Assembly: GCA_038826135.1 (NCBI GenBank)
Contig: JAWBON010000021.1
Location: 1-19,278 of the forward strand
DNA: 19,278 bases
From: Candidatus Odinarchaeota archaeon
GTDB taxonomy: Archaea > Asgardarchaeota > Odinarchaeia > Odinarchaeales > Odinarchaeaceae
Reading direction: 5' to 3'
Shown: piece by piece, positions 15,696-19,278 of the stretch
How positions within the stretch are numbered: position 1 is the first letter of the stretch
How the letters are laid out: the number at the start of each line of letters is the position of its first letter
The notes under the pieces: generated by a model
Seen by the model: only the letters and a program-made list of their open reading frames with translations
The model's database searches: none
Told to the model about the DNA's origin: nothing
Translations under genes and position numbers: made by a program

Positions 15696-16523
15696 GTGAA
15701 GCAGTTGAATATAGGATTACTAGGATGCGGTGCGATAGGTGAGCTGATCGTTGAAGCCTTTGTAGAGGGTATATTAGAGGAAATAAATATTTCAATAGTC
15801 TACGATCAGGACCAGCAGAGAGCTGAAAAATGTGCAAGTAAAATCCCTAATCCTCCTAAAATAGCGAGAACTGCTGACGAGTTGATTGAGAATAAGGAGA
15901 TTAGTTTAATCGTTGAAGCAGCTTCCCAGCAAGCTGTTAAAGACTACGCTTTGAAAATACTTGAAAACAGTAAGAGTCTCATGATAATGAGTGTAGGAGC
16001 GCTTGTTGATCAAGACTTCTACAATCTACTGGTTAAAAAAGCTAAAGAAAAAAATCAGAAAATATACATTCCATCCGGCGCTATAGCCGGGGTGGATGCT
16101 ATAAAAGCAGCTTCTATAGGTAAAATACACGAAGTAGAGTTAATAACAAGGAAACCCCCCGGCCGGTTTATCACCGATAAACTACCAGGCGATGTTAAAA
16201 TAGATCCTAAAATGAAAAAAGCCACCGTCATATTCAAAGGTGATGCGAAAACAGCGCAAAGCCTGTTCCCGAGAAGCATAAACGTGGCGGCCACCCTAAG
16301 CCTAGCAAGCATAGGACCGGAGTTAACAAAGGTGACGATAATAGCCGACCCCTCTATTGGAGAGAACATACATGAAATTCACGTTAAAGGAGAGTTTGGA
16401 ACACTTAAAACATATGTTGAAAACCTTCCATCCATAAAAAATCCGAAGACAAGCCATCTTGCAGCTTTATCAGCGATTAAAACACTTAAAAAAATATCTG
16501 AACACATAGAAATCGGAACGTAA
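15696..16523 (+). CDS. nadX: L-aspartate dehydrogenase (NAD biosynthesis); start may be TTG 15705
   Basis: GLLGCGAIG Rossmann motif, VEAASQQA, MSVGAL, PSGAIAGVD, FPRSINVAATL, NPKTSHLAALS; adjacent to nadA and nadC. Confidence 0.92.
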   Translation: MKQLNIGLLGCGAIGELIVEAFVEGILEEINISIVYDQDQQRAEKCASKIPNPPKIARTADELIENKEISLIVEAASQQAVKDYALKILENSKSLMIMSVGALVDQDFYNLLVKKAKEKNQKIYIPSGAIAGVDAIKAASIGKIHEVELITRKPPGRFITDKLPGDVKIDPKMKKATVIFKGDAKTAQSLFPRSINVAATLSLASIGPELTKVTIIADPSIGENIHEIHVKGEFGTLKTYVENLPSIKNPKTSHLAALSAIKTLKKISEHIEIGT

Positions 16524-16591
16524 ACAAGCTTTTACAAGGTAAAGCTCTCAAAAAATTAAAAGTAATAAGTTATTAATTCTATTAGCTTAAA

Positions 16592-17536
16592 ATGTTAACA
16601 GAGGTAATTTTAATGCAACTGTCAAAATTACAGAAAGAGATTATTCAACTGAAAAAAAGCGAGAATGCTGTACTATTAGTACATAACTATCAGACAATAG
16701 ATATCCAAGAGATAGCAGACTATATAGGAGACTCATACGAGCTCTCTGTGAAAGCCTCACAGATTAAAGACGTTGACTACATAGTGTTCTGCGGCGTGGA
16801 TTTTATGGCTGAGACCGCTTCAATCCTAAACCCTGATAAAACTATTCTAATACCGGATGAAAACGCTAAATGCCCGATGGCGGCGATGCTCCCCGCTAGT
16901 GTAATCAGAGAGGCGAGAGAAAAACACTCGAAGGCTGAAGTTATGGTGTATGTGAACACATGGGCTGAGACGAAAGCGGAGGCGGATGTCACCTGCACTT
17001 CTTCGAACGCTCTAAAAATAGCTAAAAAACTTGAATCCGAAACGATTTTATTCGGCCCTGATAAAAACCTAGCGTTATATGTGCAGGAGCGGGTGCCTGG
17101 TAAAACAATAATACCTATACCCGATTACGGCCACTGCTATGTTCACAGCCAATTCACCTACGAACCTTTAGAAATGAAAGCCGAGCACCCGGACGCTATA
17201 CTCATGGCACACCCGGAGTGCACACCTGAAGTTTTAAAAAGAGCAGACTTCATAGGAAGCACAAGTCAAATGTATAATTACGCTAAAACATCAGACCATA
17301 AAAAATTCATAGTCACAACAGAAATAGGGTTAATACAGCGAATGCAAAGAGAAATACCTAATAAAATATTTATAATGGCGAAACCGGATGCAGTATGCAC
17401 TCAGATGAAAATGCATACCCTTGAAAAAATTAAAAAAGTATTAGTAAACAAAGATAAAATTGTAAAGGTTGATAATAAAATAGCTGAAAAAGCTAGGAAA
17501 GCAATACTTAAAATGGTGGAGCTTACAAATGATTGA
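16592..17536 (+). CDS. nadA: Quinolinate synthase; start likely ATG 16613
   Basis: LVHNYQ, GDSYEL, VFCGVDFMAE, KCPMA, YVNT, CTSSNA, FGPDKNL, CYVH, AHPEC, GSTSQM, TTEIG, VCTQMK (three Fe-S Cys). Confidence 0.97.
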   Translation: MLTEVILMQLSKLQKEIIQLKKSENAVLLVHNYQTIDIQEIADYIGDSYELSVKASQIKDVDYIVFCGVDFMAETASILNPDKTILIPDENAKCPMAAMLPASVIREAREKHSKAEVMVYVNTWAETKAEADVTCTSSNALKIAKKLESETILFGPDKNLALYVQERVPGKTIIPIPDYGHCYVHSQFTYEPLEMKAEHPDAILMAHPECTPEVLKRADFIGSTSQMYNYAKTSDHKKFIVTTEIGLIQRMQREIPNKIFIMAKPDAVCTQMKMHTLEKIKKVLVNKDKIVKVDNKIAEKARKAILKMVELTND

Positions 17537-18398
17537 AAACCTTCAATGGGTTAGGGAGAAAGTGTTGTCCGCCCTCCTTGAAGATGTAGGGTACGGGGAT
17601 ATAACCACTGAAATAATAATTCCTAAAACTAAAATCGGTCAAGCTGTTATAATAGCTGAGGAGCGGGGTGTTTTAGCCGGTTTACAGGAGGTCAAAATAC
17701 TCTTCAACGAGTTTAATATATCTGTAAACGCTCATTTAAGTGACGGCGACGTTATAACAACACCTGGAGTTAAAATAGCTAATATTAAAGGTCCTGTGAA
17801 GTCAATTCTAACATGTGAGAGAACAGCGTTAAATTTTTTAATGAGAATGAGCGGTGTTGCAACAGCTACTAATCGAATACTCGTGAAGGCGAGAAGCGTA
17901 AACCAAAGTATCCGTGTGGCTGCCACACGTAAAACTCTCCCATTACTAGGATATTTTGATAAGAGAGCGGTTTACCTAGGGGGAGGTGATACGCACCGCC
18001 TGAGATTAGACGACTGCATCCTAATAAAAGATAATCATATCTCAGCAGTCGGCAGCATAGAAAAAATTCTTAAAAATGTTAAGGAAAAAGCGAGTTTCAC
18101 TAAGAAAATAGAAATAGAAGTGGAGAACACTGAAGATGCTGTTAAAGCCGCCAAATACGGCGCGGATATAATAATGCTAGATAATATGAAACCGGATATG
18201 ATAGCGGCAACTATTAACGAGCTTAAAAACCATGGGTTAAGAGATAAAGTTTTATTAGAAGCGTCCGGCGGAATCAACGAAGAAAACATAGTAGACTACG
18301 CTAAGACAGGAATTGACATAGTCTCCCTAGGCGCGATCACGCATTCGGTTAAAGCCTTAAACTTTAAACTCGAAGTTGAAGGTGAACATTTTAAGTAA
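17529..18398 (+). CDS. nadC: Quinolinate phosphoribosyltransferase (nicotinate-nucleotide pyrophosphorylase)
   Basis: EDVGYGDITT, ERTALNFLMRMSGVAT, ATRKTLP, GGGDTHRLRLDDCILIKDNH, IEIEVE, DIIMLDNM, EASGGI, DIVSLGAITHS. Confidence 0.97.
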   Translation: MIENLQWVREKVLSALLEDVGYGDITTEIIIPKTKIGQAVIIAEERGVLAGLQEVKILFNEFNISVNAHLSDGDVITTPGVKIANIKGPVKSILTCERTALNFLMRMSGVATATNRILVKARSVNQSIRVAATRKTLPLLGYFDKRAVYLGGGDTHRLRLDDCILIKDNHISAVGSIEKILKNVKEKASFTKKIEIEVENTEDAVKAAKYGADIIMLDNMKPDMIAATINELKNHGLRDKVLLEASGGINEENIVDYAKTGIDIVSLGAITHSVKALNFKLEVEGEHFK

Positions 18399-18510
18399 GG
18401 TAATCTGCTAAATAAAAATTTTTGATTAGCTGATTATTTATAAAAAGCATAACTGTTATAAATCACTTATAATAACGTTTAAACGGCGCTTATCTTAGGA
18501 GGAATAGTGA

Positions 18511-19077
18511 ATGTCAACTAAAATTATTGAGATTAGATTTCACGGTCGCGGTGGTCAGGGAGCGTGGACAGCCACGCAGCTTTTAGCTATGTCTGTATTA
18601 GAGGAGGGAAAATACGCTCAATCATTCCCGTCATTCGGGCCTGAAAGAGCCGGGGCTCCTATGATGGCTTTTGTGAGAATATCAGATCAACCTATAAAAC
18701 TCCACTCGGATATTTACAATCCTCACAGCGTAGTGGTGTTAGATCCGACTCTTCTAACAGCTGTAAATGTTTTAGAAGGAATGCAATCTGACGGTAAACT
18801 TGTTGTTAACTCGCATGAGTCACCTTCCACTCTTAAAAGCAAGCTTAAATTAAAGGATAAACAGGAGTTATGGACGGTTCCAGCCTCAGATATCGCTATA
18901 GAAATACTAGGCAGAGAGATTACAAGCACAGCTATGGTTGGAGCTTTAGTGAAGGCTACAGGATACGTGAATTTAGATAGTGTGCTGAAACAGGTTCAGA
19001 AACGTTTTTCAGGAGCGATAGCTGAGAAAAATATTGTTTTAATTAAAAGATCATACGAGGAGGCTAAAAAAATATGA
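18511..19077 (+). CDS. porG: Pyruvate/2-ketoisovalerate:ferredoxin oxidoreductase gamma subunit
   Basis: EIRFHGRGGQGA, QSFPSFGPERAGAP, VVVLDPTL, STAMVGAL; SD AGGAGG. Substrate specificity (Por versus Vor) cannot be fixed from this subunit. Confidence 0.92.
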   Translation: MSTKIIEIRFHGRGGQGAWTATQLLAMSVLEEGKYAQSFPSFGPERAGAPMMAFVRISDQPIKLHSDIYNPHSVVVLDPTLLTAVNVLEGMQSDGKLVVNSHESPSTLKSKLKLKDKQELWTVPASDIAIEILGREITSTAMVGALVKATGYVNLDSVLKQVQKRFSGAIAEKNIVLIKRSYEEAKKI

Positions 19078-19278
19078 GTGAAGAGAAGTCTTGGCGGGAA
19101 ATCCCAATGGGCGGTTTAACCTGGAGGCATAGCGCAGATTATAAGACAGGGGAGTGGAGAACGTTCAAACCTATTGTAGATCATAATAAGTGTACTCGAT
19201 GCATGCAATGTGTTATATTTTGCCCTGATGTTTCTATAAAATATAAGCCTGACGTGAACATGATAGAAATAGACTTAG
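19074..19278 (+). CDS. porD: Pyruvate/2-ketoisovalerate:ferredoxin oxidoreductase delta subunit (3'-truncated by the window edge)
   Basis: Not in the ORF track. My translation is MSEEKSWREIPMGGLTWRHSADYKTGEWRTFKPIVDHNKCTRCMQCVIFCPDVSIKYKPDVNMIEIDL, with the PorD motif TGxWRxxxP and CxxCxxCxxxCPD. ATGA overlap with the gamma gene. Confidence 0.92.
   Translation, partial: MSEEKSWREIPMGGLTWRHSADYKTGEWRTFKPIVDHNKCTRCMQCVIFCPDVSIKYKPDVNMIEIDL

Noticed and set aside
842-18929. Numerous antisense or alternate-frame ORFs in the track (e.g. 842-1240, 3680-4024, 5366-5596, 6408-6722, 8185-8400, 10265-10639, 12401-12727, 15148-15426, 16055-16369, 18035-18289)
   Set aside because: All lie over well-supported genes, have no recognisable motifs or SD signals, and are expected shadows of coding sequence.
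1-19278. Specific taxonomic assignment (e.g. Asgard/Odinarchaeia, Bathyarchaeia or Methanomethylicia)
   Set aside because: Gene content fits several anaerobic archaeal lineages; there are no marker genes here and no search was possible.

Overview
Gene-dense archaeal metabolic region of roughly 40% GC (estimated by eye), with GGAGG/GGTGA ribosome-binding sites, TATA-like promoters and overlapping stop/start codons. An anaerobic, probably thermophilic lineage is an inference only. The window carries two different group 4 (energy-converting, complex I-related) [NiFe]-hydrogenase modules about 4 kb apart. Module 1 (158-5972) is translationally coupled to the C-terminus of an HdrB-like protein and comprises a small membrane subunit, one antiporter-like subunit with apparently altered channel residues, a NuoCD/HycE-type large subunit, and NuoH-, HycF/NuoI- and HycG/NuoB-like subunits. 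Module 2 (10030-14002) follows the complex I gene order nuoA-B-CD-H-I, includes a 3-TM NuoA and keeps all four [NiFe] cysteines, but has no antiporter subunit at this locus. Between the modules lie a dolichol/phytol-kinase-like membrane protein, an Old Yellow Enzyme, an orphan arsB and a small CxxC protein. Downstream are cimA, the de novo NAD genes nadX-nadA-nadC, and the gamma and (partial) delta subunits of a pyruvate-type 2-oxoacid:ferredoxin oxidoreductase. No RNA genes, CRISPR arrays or mobile elements were recognised. All family assignments come from motif recognition, not database searches.
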